Source: Phoronis australis (lineage: Eukaryota; Animalia; Phoronida). From it: DNA of 64,000 nt. Positions 36,801 through 49,813 of this stretch are shown in pieces; the first letter of the stretch is position 1; every line of letters starts with the position of its first letter. The position numbers and the translations under genes were made by a program. The DNA lies in NCBI GenBank assembly GCA_002633005.1, contig NMRA01000071.1, positions 748,449 to 812,448 on the forward strand, in the 5' to 3' direction. The notes beneath the pieces were generated by a model. That model saw nothing but the letters and a program-made list of their open reading frames with translations, had not been told where the DNA came from and made no database searches.

Positions 36801-37431
36801 AATACATCGTCCGCTTGACACGATACAATAACAAAGAAATGATGCGCTCGCCGTACTTACTGTAGTAACACAACTAAAAAAATAGTTGCATTTTGGACTT
36901 ACTAGCTTACCTCTCCTCCCCTTGTGGCACCTTCAATATTTTGGCACAGAAGAAGAACTGTATTGTACACACCAGCACGCAGCAGAAGTCCAACACAGCA
37001 ACCAGCGTTGTTGTTGTCACGGCAACTTCTAGCATGTCTGCGTACATGCGTTTGTTGCTGAGCAAGCCGCTTGGCGATGGCACGCTAAGCAGCTGATTCG
37101 AGTGAAGTTTGAACAGTAATAATGTTGCCAAGACTCCCATCACCAAGGCAACAACTGTGATAAATATGAGACTTGCCAAACTTTTGACGACGCCATAGTT
37201 GCTAGCATATATAGAGGCGCGTGAAGGAGCCATACTCGCGCCTGGTGTATTCGGTTTGGCCAGGTGACCACAAGAGTTTGAAAGTATGCCGTTGGATTTA
37301 GATAATGTTCCTCGTGTTAAAGTACTGTTGGGAGTTGTGGGGAGAGATAGGTCTCCCTCGGAGAAGGTTAAGTGGTTGTAGTCGAACATATCACGACCCC
37401 AACGAAGTCCTGGATCTTTGTTTCTTCGAAT
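33862..37431 (-). CDS. TMEM221: TMEM221 / Jiraiya family four-TM protein
   Basis: Exons 37431-36911, 34780-34695, 34070-33862 (TGA), phases consistent. YGVVKSLASLIFITVVALVMGVLATLLLFKL..LVAVLDFCCVLVC..RALDYLKSSASVRFIAVSGFFVSIPAYLISLLFY..ELSTLV* matches my recollection of TMEM221 including the C-terminal STLV. Start is either ATG 37389 or an upstream exon (candidate 38489-38421). Confidence 0.8.
34169..34326 (+). mobile_element. ~150-bp MITE; related copy at 40548-40686 in opposite orientation
   Basis: CAGGGGCGG..TCCAGGATTTT..GGCAGAG..TTAGCCAGGAT..TTGCCCGT..CCGCCACTG; short TIRs. Confidence 0.7.
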
Positions 37432-39645
37432 CTACAAACAAATGATGTCTAACGTTACATCAAAATGGCATAGAATGCGAAAAAAGACCAAATTACTTTA
37501 TACAAAGTGGTTCTCTGCCGCTAAAACAAAAATACGTTTTTTTTCGTAAAGGTTTTGAAAGTTCTATTGATGTTGAAACATTTTTCTTACAGTTTAAAAT
37601 TTCAAAAATAGATCTGTCAACTGCTCACCACGTCGTCGATTTCCTCCCATAATGCAAAACACCTCTCCTTATTTGGTATGGCAAAACATGGACGTAACAC
37701 ATTACTCTTTTATGGAAAATGTAGCCTTTGGACAAAACAATGGCGATTTCAAGCAGCAGGGGCGGTAAATTTGAAAACTGTAATGGAATGAAAGACTTTT
37801 ATTTCGTATGTGCTTCAAAAAAACTGAATTTGACGACTTTCTAGAAATTTTTGCAATATTCAAAGTAAATAGTTAGTATCCCCAAGAAGTAGATTCTCCA
37901 CGGTTTATTTGAATGTATTTTTATTGCGTTCTATGCCTCTTTTTAAAGACATTAAAGTCTTGGAAATCAGTCAGATTCCCGTCGGCAAACGCTTCTCTCA
38001 TAGTCTCTTACGTGACACACGACTGGCTTTCACGTCGGCGAAATCCATTATAAGGGCAAAGAAAGAAAGGTTAATGGTTCACACTTTTGACAATACGGAT
38101 TTTGAGACGTGCGCACCGACAAAAAAGAAAAAAAAAACGCCCTCCCGCATCAACTTCAAGATCGAGTGCAGCAATAAGGCACTTATGCAAAAATAAGCAA
38201 TTTGAAACGCTATGAGTTGACAAGCTACATATATGACTAAAAACTACTCCCGCATCATTTGTGCTCGTCTAAATGAATTGGTTTTTCATTTTTGCAAAAG
38301 TGGACAAATCAAAAATGCAGCACCACTGACTTGATTCGCAGAACTAATTGTGCTTTTTGGAAAGTCCACGATTTCCGCTAGATTCCAATGAGAAATCCTA
38401 CAGAATTCAGTCAGTTATACTCTGCCGCAGCTGGAGTTTTGTCGAGGCGCGGCCATGGATTGGGGTTCCCAGGACTTGAGTTTGGTCATAACGTTTGGAG
38501 CATTTTACAGCGGTGTGTGCGTGTGAAGTTTAAGGAGCGGTGCAAATCTAGAGATGACCGTACAACGCGAGCGTTTGCACGGTGTCTGCTGGTCTGAGAG
38601 GAATTTAGAGGATCGTAGCTGGGAGTTACAGGTCCAATCACGGAATTTTTTCCATTCGCCCGTTGCAATGTCGTTGGATTTATTACATATCGCAGATCTT
38701 TTATTTTGAAGGAGTAAAAGGTATCAGCAAATGAGCCACGCCTCAAAGTAGAGGATGAATGCTGTGAATTGAACATTAAATACGTTCGATTTGCGTTTCA
38801 AGCTCATGGACGTTTAGAAACATTTTTCATAGTCAGATACGACAAGCAGGCTTGACATGTTCGTCTGACAAAAAGTCCAAAACTACAAAAAATCGTCTCA
38901 AACTACAAAAGACTAAAAGCGAACCCTACGGAGAGGTGCAGGCGAAATCTAGCACAAAACTAAGTAGAGTTGGGTTAGGACAGCATTGTGCGGAGGAGTT
39001 CACATTACTAGCGTGCATTGCTTGAATATAATTGCAGTGCGGATTGTGCGGATCCTTAGGTCTCTCAATGTTGACAATATCTTCTTTAAAAGTTTGGAGA
39101 ATCACATTTAGCATATTATTTGCGTAAATATAGGCATAATTACTATGTGCTAAAGTGACACTCAAAAATCCCAAATAAAAACCCTCGGACCAGGTGATGG
39201 GTCGGGTTAGCGTTGTCCAAAATTTGTAAAAAAAATCATCCCCCGGGATACAATACAGTATGGATGATTGTCGCACATGCTGTTTTGTTGCCGCCGGGCG
39301 ACAATATGTGTCGATTTCGTCCCTGTCCCAACCCCATCTAACCAACTGTTTCAACAGACCGCCTGGGTGTAACTTTTGATTTTAGGGACAAATAGAACAG
39401 CTTACTAGTGACGACAAGTCGCAGCCACTCGATTATATTGAAGCTTACAGCAATACACAACTCGCTACGTGTAACTTATGAAATGACTGCTTCATCATCG
39501 ATAGGCTTTTTACTCTCTTCTCCAAAACGCCGTTAGAATATGCTTATATAACGATCCTATTTTGCATTGAGAAAAATAGGCCTCATTTTGTTTTGTACTT
39601 TGATTAGAAACGATTTCTACAAGGATTGAAATGAATTGACACTCA

Positions 39646-39714
39646 TTCCTGTTCAGACGAGGTTCACAAATTAATACTTTACGTAATACTTTATGAACAT
39701 CGTCTGAACAGGAA
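39646..39714. repeat. Short near-perfect inverted repeat (hairpin / mini-MITE)
   Basis: TTCCTGTTCAGACGA.GTTCA.AAA ... TTTATGAACATCGTCTGAACAGGAA. Confidence 0.85.
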
Positions 39715-40547
39715 CAATGGTCATCTTACTTCAGGACATTATTATGTGGGATATTTCTGTTGTTTTATTGCAACCATCTTTAGGTGAAGCAAGCACGATG
39801 ACGGACGTTGCTTTTGAAAAGTAAATGGGCCTGTGAAAACGGCCGTGTTTGACTACAGAACATGCTTAGCGACTTTAAAGTACGCATCCCCGAGAGAGCT
39901 GAGAATAAGCTGGTCGTGTTCCGGTCTGATTTAGGTAAAATAATAGAGGTTTTGCAAAACGACGTGAACGTGAATTATGACGCATATTTTATTGCGCGAG
40001 CCGATTCACGTTGCGGTAACAAAAATGAGTTTCACAACAGCTAAATTTTTACGTGGACATCCTGATATCCGCTACAGATATGCAAGATAGAAATGTGTGT
40101 TGAATGTGAAAAAAGTTGTTTCTACGAACTCCTGTCTCTTAGAATGCAAAATTTATTTGCAGTTTAAAATAAATAGGTGCAAGTAAATTAATCATGTAAA
40201 AAGTTTGAAAACAAAAAATCATATCTGTTAAAAATCCATTCTTGTTCGATGATATCCAACGAGCCCCCGGGCAGAATAAGGATTTTGGAAAGGCCTCCCT
40301 TCAGCTAGACTTTAAGAACATTTATAGACTAAAGAATCGTGTTCATTTTATACTGAAGCAAAGTTCGAAGATTGAGAATCCTAACAAAATAAAAATCGTT
40401 CGATGTCTTGCCAAATAAAAAATAAAAAGGGGCCATAGGTTTCGTGTTTAAAGGACTTAAATCCCCCTGTATTCGCGTAAAATACTAAAAAACTATCGAA
40501 ATTACGTCACAGCCAACAGTGACATGTATGACGCGTAATTATATATT

Positions 40548-40686
40548 CAGTGGTGGATGTAGAGGGAGGCCATGGCCCTCCTAAAACTGGCCCAGATTTC
40601 ATTTGACAATTCGGGGGTGTGAATGTCTAACGGGCAAAATCCTGGCTAAAGCTCTGCCATGCCTAAAATCCTGGATGCGCTCCTGT
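40548..40686 (-). mobile_element. ~140-bp MITE, same family as 34169-34326
   Basis: Reverse complement CAGGAGCGCATCCAGGATTTT..GGCAGAGCTTTAGCCAGGATTTTGCCCGT..CATCCACCACTG. Confidence 0.7.
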
Positions 40687-42805
40687 ATAAGCGTGATAAT
40701 TCACGTTCACGTTGATTTGCGAAACCTCTCTATTACAACAACGCATATCCGCAACATGTACATGTAGCATTAAAAATTGGGGGGGCTCGAATTTTTGGGA
40801 ATGTGTGACCCGGGTACGTTCAAAGCTACGAATTGTACACTCGCCGACTTTTGGTAGTTCCTGCTTTTTAGTGGACTTTTGTCTCGTTTTCTGCTTTTTG
40901 GAGTTTTAGTTTCTCTGAGGCGTACCTTTTTGCTCACTTCGCCAAATGTGGAGCTCGTTCGAGCCTCCCTGAGCCCCCCGGCCTGCGTGCGCACGTGCAA
41001 TGCATACATTGCAATGTTACATGTTCTTTAAAATAACTGCTTGTGAGGATACCTTTCACCACATAAATTATATAGTCACGTGCAAACTGCGGCTAGAAGA
41101 GAGTTCAACGACCTATGCCTCTGAGCCCTTAATACCGATGCAGTGCTACCATGATTGGTGACTAGTGGGCGGAGAAAACAACATGTTGTCTCTATTTTTT
41201 CAACCTAAGTCGAATATTAAAGTTAAGCATGAAGAGGCCTTATGTAGCATGGCGAATCTTTGTCAAATTGCAAACTGCCGGGTCACCAGTCCAAGCTAAA
41301 AGGTGGTGACAAAGTCAATGTAAACACAATATAGCCACAGATACTGTCGAACCTTGGCTACTATTGAGATATTCACATGTATACTAACAAGCACACAAAA
41401 CGCTTATCTCACACGTGTGTATTCAGTGTGTTGACTCTTACGGTGGCGTGTTTGACTGAGGTCTACCGCCGGGCCCTGAGAATTAGAGAAATCGTTTTTT
41501 CTTTGTCACACTACCCACGGTACTCCAGTTAAACCTCCAAAATGTTCGGACCTGATCACATCAGGTCACATAATGCCACTCGAACCATGACAGCTAACTG
41601 TTAATTCACAAATAAATATTTATAAACTATGGAGTGTCTTTCCCGTGTTAAGTCTAAATTTAAGAAGTACCCCGACCGACCCATGGTAAAAGTTTAGTAC
41701 ATACGCTTAGTTTCCAGCCACCGTAATTCTCGTTCACGCCGATCCTAACACTTTTATAAGAACCTTGTACAAAGCCCCGAAGTGAAGGCAAATACTTCAA
41801 TTCATAGGATGGTGCAGTCGGTCGACTACCTAGGACCCTCAACAGGTGATTCTCGGCGCCAATGACAAGCCCCTTCCGCAAAAACTCCCATATATTGATC
41901 ACACCTGAAAATAAGCCTAGTTGAAGCTCGTTCAGTAAAGCACAGTGACACAGGTCCACGCATAAGTGACAGTTGTTGCAGTGGTTATTATGTATAGTCA
42001 CCTCGCAGACGACAGGTACGGCTGTATCAGGCAACACTAACGTTCCCCGGTGCACGTTTGAAGAACACCACCTGTTAGCCTGGACTCACGCGAGACTGCT
42101 TACCTTGAAAAGACTGAACCGGCGCTCTATGTGACAAACATTTCCTTGGCTCAGTCGTTTCCAATAACCCTACCAGCAAGCAACTTTTTTCTGTACCACT
42201 TGAAGACTGCGTAGGCATTGAGCTATATCTAACAAATTAGGACGCTAATTCATTGAACGCTGAAAGACTGCATTGTCATTGCTCCTGAAGCACAATACGC
42301 TGAATGGTCCAGTTTTTATTAGAAACTGGCGTGGACGGACTCACTGGATGATAACTGGAGAATAGGCGTAAACGTTATGGCACTATGGTAACCTCAACTT
42401 GCGCCTTCGTCTACGCGTTATATTGCCAGTCTTAGAGGATGTCCGGCTACGTTGGCTGAGCATAGGTAGATCAAGGGGGGGGCGATCCCCTAAGTTCCCC
42501 TTGAATTTAGTGATATCAAATCTAGAACCGGTCCTTCTTCAAAAATCTCTCATTCGACCCCTCCCCCTTTTAAAATAGGCCCCTGCTGAGAAAGTGTCGC
42601 GACTACTGTGTAACTCGAACCTGAGCACATACTAGCTGTGCTCAGTAGAGCGTGTATTAAAGCAGGTGGGGGGGGGGGGGCAGTTTCATGATGACGGGTC
42701 TTGGAGAATTATTAACCCGTACTTGACTATCGCAGGCCCGTAGCCAGCGGAGCATTGCGCAGGGAGTGGTGCACATTTCTGGAGCGGTGGACTTTTGATA
42801 TTTTG

Positions 42806-43458
42806 CAAAGATCGACCGGTATAGTTTCAGTAAGGCCCTTGACGCAGAGGGAAGGGAAATCTGTATACACAATGATGACTCTCGGTTGTATGTTATGAGA
42901 TGGAAATGAGGATGCCGCGACCGCGGTTGCTCGTAACGAATTGAGACTCAAATTCGGATATGTAAAGTGGCCCAGGGGAGAACGTTCTCGCGTTACCTTC
43001 CGCTAAACTTTCAAATCAGGCGTGCTTAAATCCATACTTGGATGGAATTTTTCAGTCTGAGAATTACTTAAAATTTTTATCCTGTTGTATTTTTGCGTGT
43101 TACTTACATCGCTGGCAAAAGGGAACATTCCNCAAAGATCGACCGGTATAGTTTCAGTAAGGCCCTTGACGCAGAGGGAAGGGAAATCTGTATACACAAT
43201 GATGACTCTCGGTTGTATGTTATGAGATGGAAATGAGGATGCCACGACCGCGGTTGCTCGTAACGAATTGAGACTCAAATTCGGATATGTAAAGTGGCCC
43301 AGGGGAGAACGTTCTCGCGTTACCTTCCGCTAAACTTTCAAATCAGGCGTGCTTAAATCCATACTTGGATGGAATTTTTCAGTCTGAGAATTACTTAAAA
43401 TTTTTATCCTGTTGTATTTTTGCGTGTTACTTACATCGCTGGCAAAAGGGAACATTCC
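42806..43458. repeat. 326-bp direct duplication separated by an N; probable assembly overlap artefact
   Basis: 42806-43131 and 43133-43458 appear identical except for one substitution I could see (GCCGCGACC vs GCCACGACC); the junction base 43132 is N. Confidence 0.9.
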
Positions 43459-43687
43459 TCTATTCTGGAGGCTCAATCAGCACTCGGAGGAGCTGCATGC
43501 TCCCAAAATATCTAAAAGCTCGAACACAGGTTTAACTTCTATACATTTGCATGCAAAAGCAAACGATACTTCGGTTATTAGATGCGCTGAGTGGTGTAGT
43601 ATACTGAAAACAACGTCTGGTACTATTGATTTCACGCGCATACGACTTTGCCAGCATGTCTTACGAATACGAACCTCTTGCATTCTG

Positions 43688-44297
43688 AAAGGATGCCAAA
43701 CCCGGATGTGGCCTATCGAAAGATTCTAAAAATGGACTTTCCCCATCCAGTTCTCTAAAACAAAATAATACTTTGGTACCATTGACAATCCTCAAGAGTT
43801 TGCTGAAAATTTTGAAAACTCCTTTCAAAATTTGCTAAATGGAAGAGCGACCTACGCTTTTACGACTTACAAGCAACTGTGGGAAAATTCCACCGACCAA
43901 AGTGCGACATGGTGTGTACGAATTTTCAATTGATTCCTTCCTTAAAAAGGATTCTAAGCCCTCGTTAGATGATTTCAACCAATCCTTCTTCTCTCACTTG
44001 CTGATGCATCATTGGCAGGAATCAACTAAGAATTCACTCCCATCATCTCACCAACTGGACATTATGGTCCTTGGTGGATGGTCTTTTCACACAGTTCCGC
44101 GTAACTCGCTAAATGCGTAGGTCACGCTTGCTTCTTTAGCAGAATTTGCAACTAAAGTTTTCTAATTTTCCTCAAAACTTTAGAGGGTTGTCGAGCCGTT
44201 ACAGAGCCGCTTAATTTGTTTCAGAGAACTGCATGGGTGGGAAAGTCGTTTTTAGTATCTGTTAATAGTACAAAACCGGGTTTGGAATATACTTTTA
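43688..44297. mobile_element. Old MITE with ~150-bp degenerate TIRs (possibly Kolobok-derived)
   Basis: CCAAACCCGG..TAAAAA.GGACTTTCCC..CAGTTCTCT.AAACAAA on the left is the reverse complement of about 44135-44286; TTAA at the right end. Confidence 0.65.
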
Positions 44298-44344
44298 ACT
44301 TGGAAGATTGGCGCTACTGATGTATTAGCAGGTGACAGAACGAG

Positions 44345-44391
44345 GATCATCACAGGGTTATCCTTTTTTAAAAGGATATCCCTGTGATGAT
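44345..44391. repeat. Palindrome
   Basis: ATCATCACAGGGTTATCCTTTT-TT-AAAAGGATATCCCTGTGATGAT, near-perfect arms. Confidence 0.85.
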
Positions 44392-47300
44392 TTCCACCGA
44401 AAAAAAGTTAGAAGCCAGTCTCATTCAGTCTTCTTAAATAAAACCGCCGTCGGTCGCCGCAACCGGCTGACCCGTCGGTGCCCCAGATGTTGTCCCTCAC
44501 TGCTTGAGAACGAGTCGTTAGTTAGGTTCAAGAATCACATTTGACAGTGATTGGAACTGAGCTCATTTTTAAACACTGTAATCAATGTTTTAAGAACTAT
44601 TCAACTCTTGCATACCCTTTAAATGGTTACTAATGGACACAAATACAACATCTCCTTCATGTCAGTTCGGACTCAATAGCAAATTGTCCGACGGTAGTGG
44701 ACCTTCGGAGAAGTGAAGTTCGTAATAGTGACACGTAACCTTGAAAATCTTTTCCATCAAGTTTGTTGCTCGTATGAAGTCTGCGAGGCTGTGCATCATA
44801 TGAAGGCATCATTGACCAATTAAGTCTTGACCTGTTTTTCCCTACTTAATGTGAATTAAACATGCTCGTTTCCTCAGTGCAAGATCACACGGTAGTCAAA
44901 TGTCTGATTTTTGTTTGAGCAAAATCGAGGACTGCCTACAGTGAACTTACCGTCAGCGTGTACTGGATTTAAGAGAATGAAAACGCACACACGTGTACAC
45001 GCGCATGCACGTCAATCCACTCCAATCCACAATCAAAGTGGACACTGGATGAACAACAATCATTTGTGGATCACCTTCAGTTCGCTCGAAAATGCCTGCA
45101 CCTCACCATACTAAGCTAGCAAGTATACCAAAATAGCAGATAACAATAATATTTTCTGCTGATTGTGGGCGCATAAAAACTAAGGCAAACGACCAACGTA
45201 ACTGTAAATAGTAGCGGTTTTAGACTTTTCAGTTAAAATAGGTTTCCTTCAGCATAACCCCGGCGCAGCCTAAGTCAGGAGCATTGGTGCGTGAATCGAT
45301 TGGGGCAGGTTCGTCATAGCCTCGTTTAGACACACTTTTAGGGTAACAAAATCCCAAATGTTAACGTAAGATTTGTCTCATGTGCACGCGCATTTTATTT
45401 AAGCCGTGGTATATCCATGCTCATCTGATACTTGTTTGCAGAGGAATGTCATAGACAGCATTCCGTTCGTGTTTATGCCGGGCACTTGCTCCCCCAGTGA
45501 CGCCACAACTTCAACAGCGGGATGTTGTCCCTGGCCCCTGCCTACACTTCCTACAAACCGGTTGGATAAGATATTGAAACCTGAAATTTACCGTACCGCT
45601 CAGGCAATCGTCCTTACATGGCCGCTTCTTATTACCTTGTTCCTCGCAATGTTTTTTTATTTAATTTTTGTATAAGTATCCCACAATTGACCTACGCGTA
45701 GTGTATTTAACCAGTACTGGTTCCTAGATTTACGGAGTCGGGCCGCGTAAATTCTATGTAATTCTCATTGACACGGAACACTTGACATAACTTTATAGTG
45801 ACACGAAGTACATTGACTGCATTTCTTTCATGAAAACTACATACACTGTAGCCTATCAAGTCGGTTGCATTTTCAGCATACGGTTTCGCTGGGGCGCCAC
45901 CCCGGCGGCGCTCGCGCGACAGGATATCTGTTGTCAGCCGCTGAAGTACAGGAACCAAAAACTAACATTGAATTTAGGATACAACACAATTAACCTTTCC
46001 AAACTGGTTTCTCACTCAGAAGAGAAAGGAACTTTGGGTATGTTGAATGTGTAGATGCTGAGATCACGATGACTTAATTCAGTGCACACTCCCTCCGGAC
46101 TAGGCACGTGACCCCGCGCCGTGTTCAATAACGCATTACGTCAAGTCTCAAGCAGTGCTTCCAACTCTACGTAATAAAGCCTCCAAACCGCTTCTAATCA
46201 CAGCAGATGGGAAAGTCAGTGCCAGTCTAATTCATAATTTAAGTAGTTTCGTTAAACTTGAAAGTATTTTTGACCGATGGCGACGAGAGACGCGAACCTC
46301 TCGAGGTCCCTACGACAAAAAAAAAACACAAACAAAAAACAACACAGACGTGACATGATAGCACCATTTTCCCTGATACCAAGTCATACCCGAGTCACAT
46401 CGAAAGCGGACGTTACAATTATACAATACGCAACACCAACACCCAAAATAACAAATTCCGGAGGCTGTCTCACAGAATATTCAGAAAACTGCAGATATGC
46501 CAGCTCCGCCAGGGTGCGTTCAGGCTGAGCGTTAACTCAGTGGGAGTTCAGTGCCCGGGGTAACTAGTGACTCTTAGAATACCGACTGATTTAGAGAATG
46601 AGCACCAACAATGGCAGCCATTTGTTGGAGCTTCCGAGTGTAAAAGGAACCTTTTGCAGAGCTTCAGTTTTCCCACGTGAGCCGAAGAGAATTTGCTTAG
46701 AACATGAGCCTTTCCAAGGGAATTTTATGCAAAGGACACCCTTCAGTCAAGAAATGTCACTTCAGTTCTTCTGAAGCAGCCTCGCATGTGTTTGTACCTC
46801 AGTGAACGCACCCTGTGAAGCTCAGCATAATAAATGGAATGGCACAGCTGAATATCACAACAGGCAACATGGCAAACAAAGACTCAGCACAAGTAACATG
46901 CTCACAAACACGGACATATTAAGGGAGTAGTAACGATTCCATGGCTGCACATCTAAATTACAACAATCCACCTATAAAAAAATAAACAACCCACCTATGG
47001 CCCCCCAAGGTAGAACTTGGTCACGGGGCATGGAGTTTGCTCATTCCGTATGTACCCACGTGTGCCTGTGCCTGCGTGTGTGCAGGTGCCTCTGAGGAGT
47101 TTTGGGTGTGGCATATTTATATATATCGCCAGAACTTTGGTGTTGCTGGTCAGGGAATGGCACAAGGGGGTGAGGGGGGGGGGGTTAGGAGACCAAAGCT
47201 GGAATTGAAAGGTGTGGCCATGGAATTGTTTTCACCCACTGATATTGCATACTGGCCACCATAATCTTCATATATACATAAACGCATACACATACATATA

Positions 47301-49813
47301 TAGATATAAAATGTTTTTAAGGTGCACATCAATTAATAATCAGTTGATCATACCTAGAATAGCACTAAATACAATTGTATTAGTCGGGTGCCAAGGCCAA
47401 ACACTGAGACAATAAACCTCTCCACTAAGAATCAACAAACACTATCCTCACCTTGTTGATTAATTAACATAGCTCATAGATAAGTTTCAGGCTATACATC
47501 AAACATCTGAAGCTCAAATGAAGCCCTTCATCTCAAATAGACATAGACTAGAAATAATTATAACAAAGCCAATGAACAAACCATTTTGAAGGCAGCAGCC
47601 CTCACAGTCCAAATAAATCATTCTATAAATGATAACATGCCACACAAAATATTCAAAATAAAGATTATTTTGGAAGTTAACTTCTCAATACAACAATTTT
47701 GCACGACTAGATGCCTCAAAAATCCACCTAAAATAACTCTAGCATACAATTATGGTTAACACAAAATATATCAAACTTTTGATAATATCAACAGTTTTAT
47801 CTCAAATTACAGATTTATAGTTTCTGTTGACCACCATGAAATGTTTAACTTTGCAAAGCCGGAAATTTCACTTGAATCTTCAATTTTTGAGAAAAGCAAG
47901 TACTTGCTTAAAGTGGCACAGACAATATACATGTAGCACTAGAGGCATGCATCTATTTTATCTAATTTTTCAACCAAACCAAAAAAAAGAAGTTTTACTC
48001 CCCGAATAGCAGCACATTCATGACTGCTATGGTCATCATTCTGATTATCTTCAGCAAGTAGCTGGCCACGCAAAAGAAAAAAAATGTCCATTGGTCATAA
48101 CTGGTCACTTTGGTCAATCTTATCAGCTCTTGGTGAGCAAAATTGTACATGCCTGACAGTCAAGAGGAATCCTATTTATCAATATTTTCCTGACAACTCT
48201 AAATTAAGGTCCAATGGCACTAGTGGTAGTCTGAAAGTTACTGGCTGAAATAAAACAATATATTGTGGAGTAAAACAGACGATCTTTCAAACTGATTGGC
48301 TTCTGAAACTGAATTCTTTGTTATCTTAGGCTCATTTACTTGAAGAAATAAGAAAATTTAGCTAAAAGATAGGTCAAACTTCAGTTCCCTGGAACCTGTT
48401 GATGAATGTTTTTAGTAATTCTTTGAAGTATGGGAGATAATTGGCCCACCTGTCACAACTTTGTACAGAAGAACTCTTAACACTGATCTGAGTTGATACC
48501 TGGATTAGGCATCGAGTTCATAACTGCAAAAGTTTGTTGTTGAAACTAAGTGGGAATTTTTTGTAATGTTTGTTTCGAGAACTAACTTAAACAGAATGTA
48601 TAATGACTCAACTCCAGGACCACAGCTTCAAGCAAGACAGAACAGAGGTCAACATATGGTTTATAGCTTCAAGGAAGACAGGTCAGAGGTCAACTTAAGC
48701 TTTATAGCTTCAAACACCACAGGTCAATGGTCAGCTTATGGTTTGTCATATCAAATGCCAGCTGCTTACCATATAGGCATATAATCAATAGCAAATGCAT
48801 AGAAATAAGTGTTGAACTAGCCGGGAACCCCTGGGAACACATCACAGATTGCAAAGATAAATAAGTTATAATTCAACGGATATTTATGTGTTATAACTTG
48901 ATGAATATTTATGATTTCTGCACATACTGTGCACAATACGTAAAGTGTAAATTATCGCTAACTTGATTACCGTGGCAACACGGGCCTCATTTGAGCACAC
49001 AATATGACGAATCATGATATACAAAAAAATTTACACCAAATATTAGGAATGTGAATGAAAGCTTGCTCGTACATTTCATGCCAAGAAACTATGAATCTGC
49101 CAGATATAATAGTGAAGAACTGCACGCCTGTCAAATCCTTGTGTTTAGGCTTATCCAAGCTCAGCAGACCTCAACGTATTGTTAATTAAAGAGTTATAAT
49201 CAGCACATAAAATAATAAGCTAGGACAAGACAAAATTACAAGGTTTCATATAACAAAATCGCCAGACTGGTCAAGCGAACATTACAACATAACAGAATGA
49301 CCATACTGGTCAAGCGAACATTACCACATAACAGAATGACCAACCAGCACATACTTTATATCAGGTAGCCTAAATCCAAAAGCAAGACATGATTTTTGAA
49401 AAGGAAAAAGGTTGACTCCAATTTTAATTGAGAACAGCTCAATATGTCATAAAAACATATGGAAGACCAAGTAGGTACATGCGAATAGTCCCTCACCATG
49501 ATTACAGCTAATGTTCCCCATGCAATATAAGGGTGACCCCAGGTGACACACTGACCCTGACCACAGTATGGGACCACATGTCCATCATAACCAACATTTA
49601 ATGAACACAGCTCCCACTAATACTCCTTTATGCAAAATTTGCTTCACCCCGAATGACCTTAACCGTTACCATGGTTACAACAAAAGAAGACCATCACCAC
49701 CCAGAGTACTGTCACGTGTTGCAGGTCTACAACCATCTTTTGAAGTATCTTGAGCACAAAATCAGCTCTGGCGAACAGTAACTTGATCAATGGGTTAATC
49801 AGATGTGCGTTAT

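Noticed and set aside
42806-43458. Recent tandem duplication with twin ORFs
   Set aside because: The junction is an N and the copies are near-identical, so it is most likely an unmerged contig or haplotype overlap.
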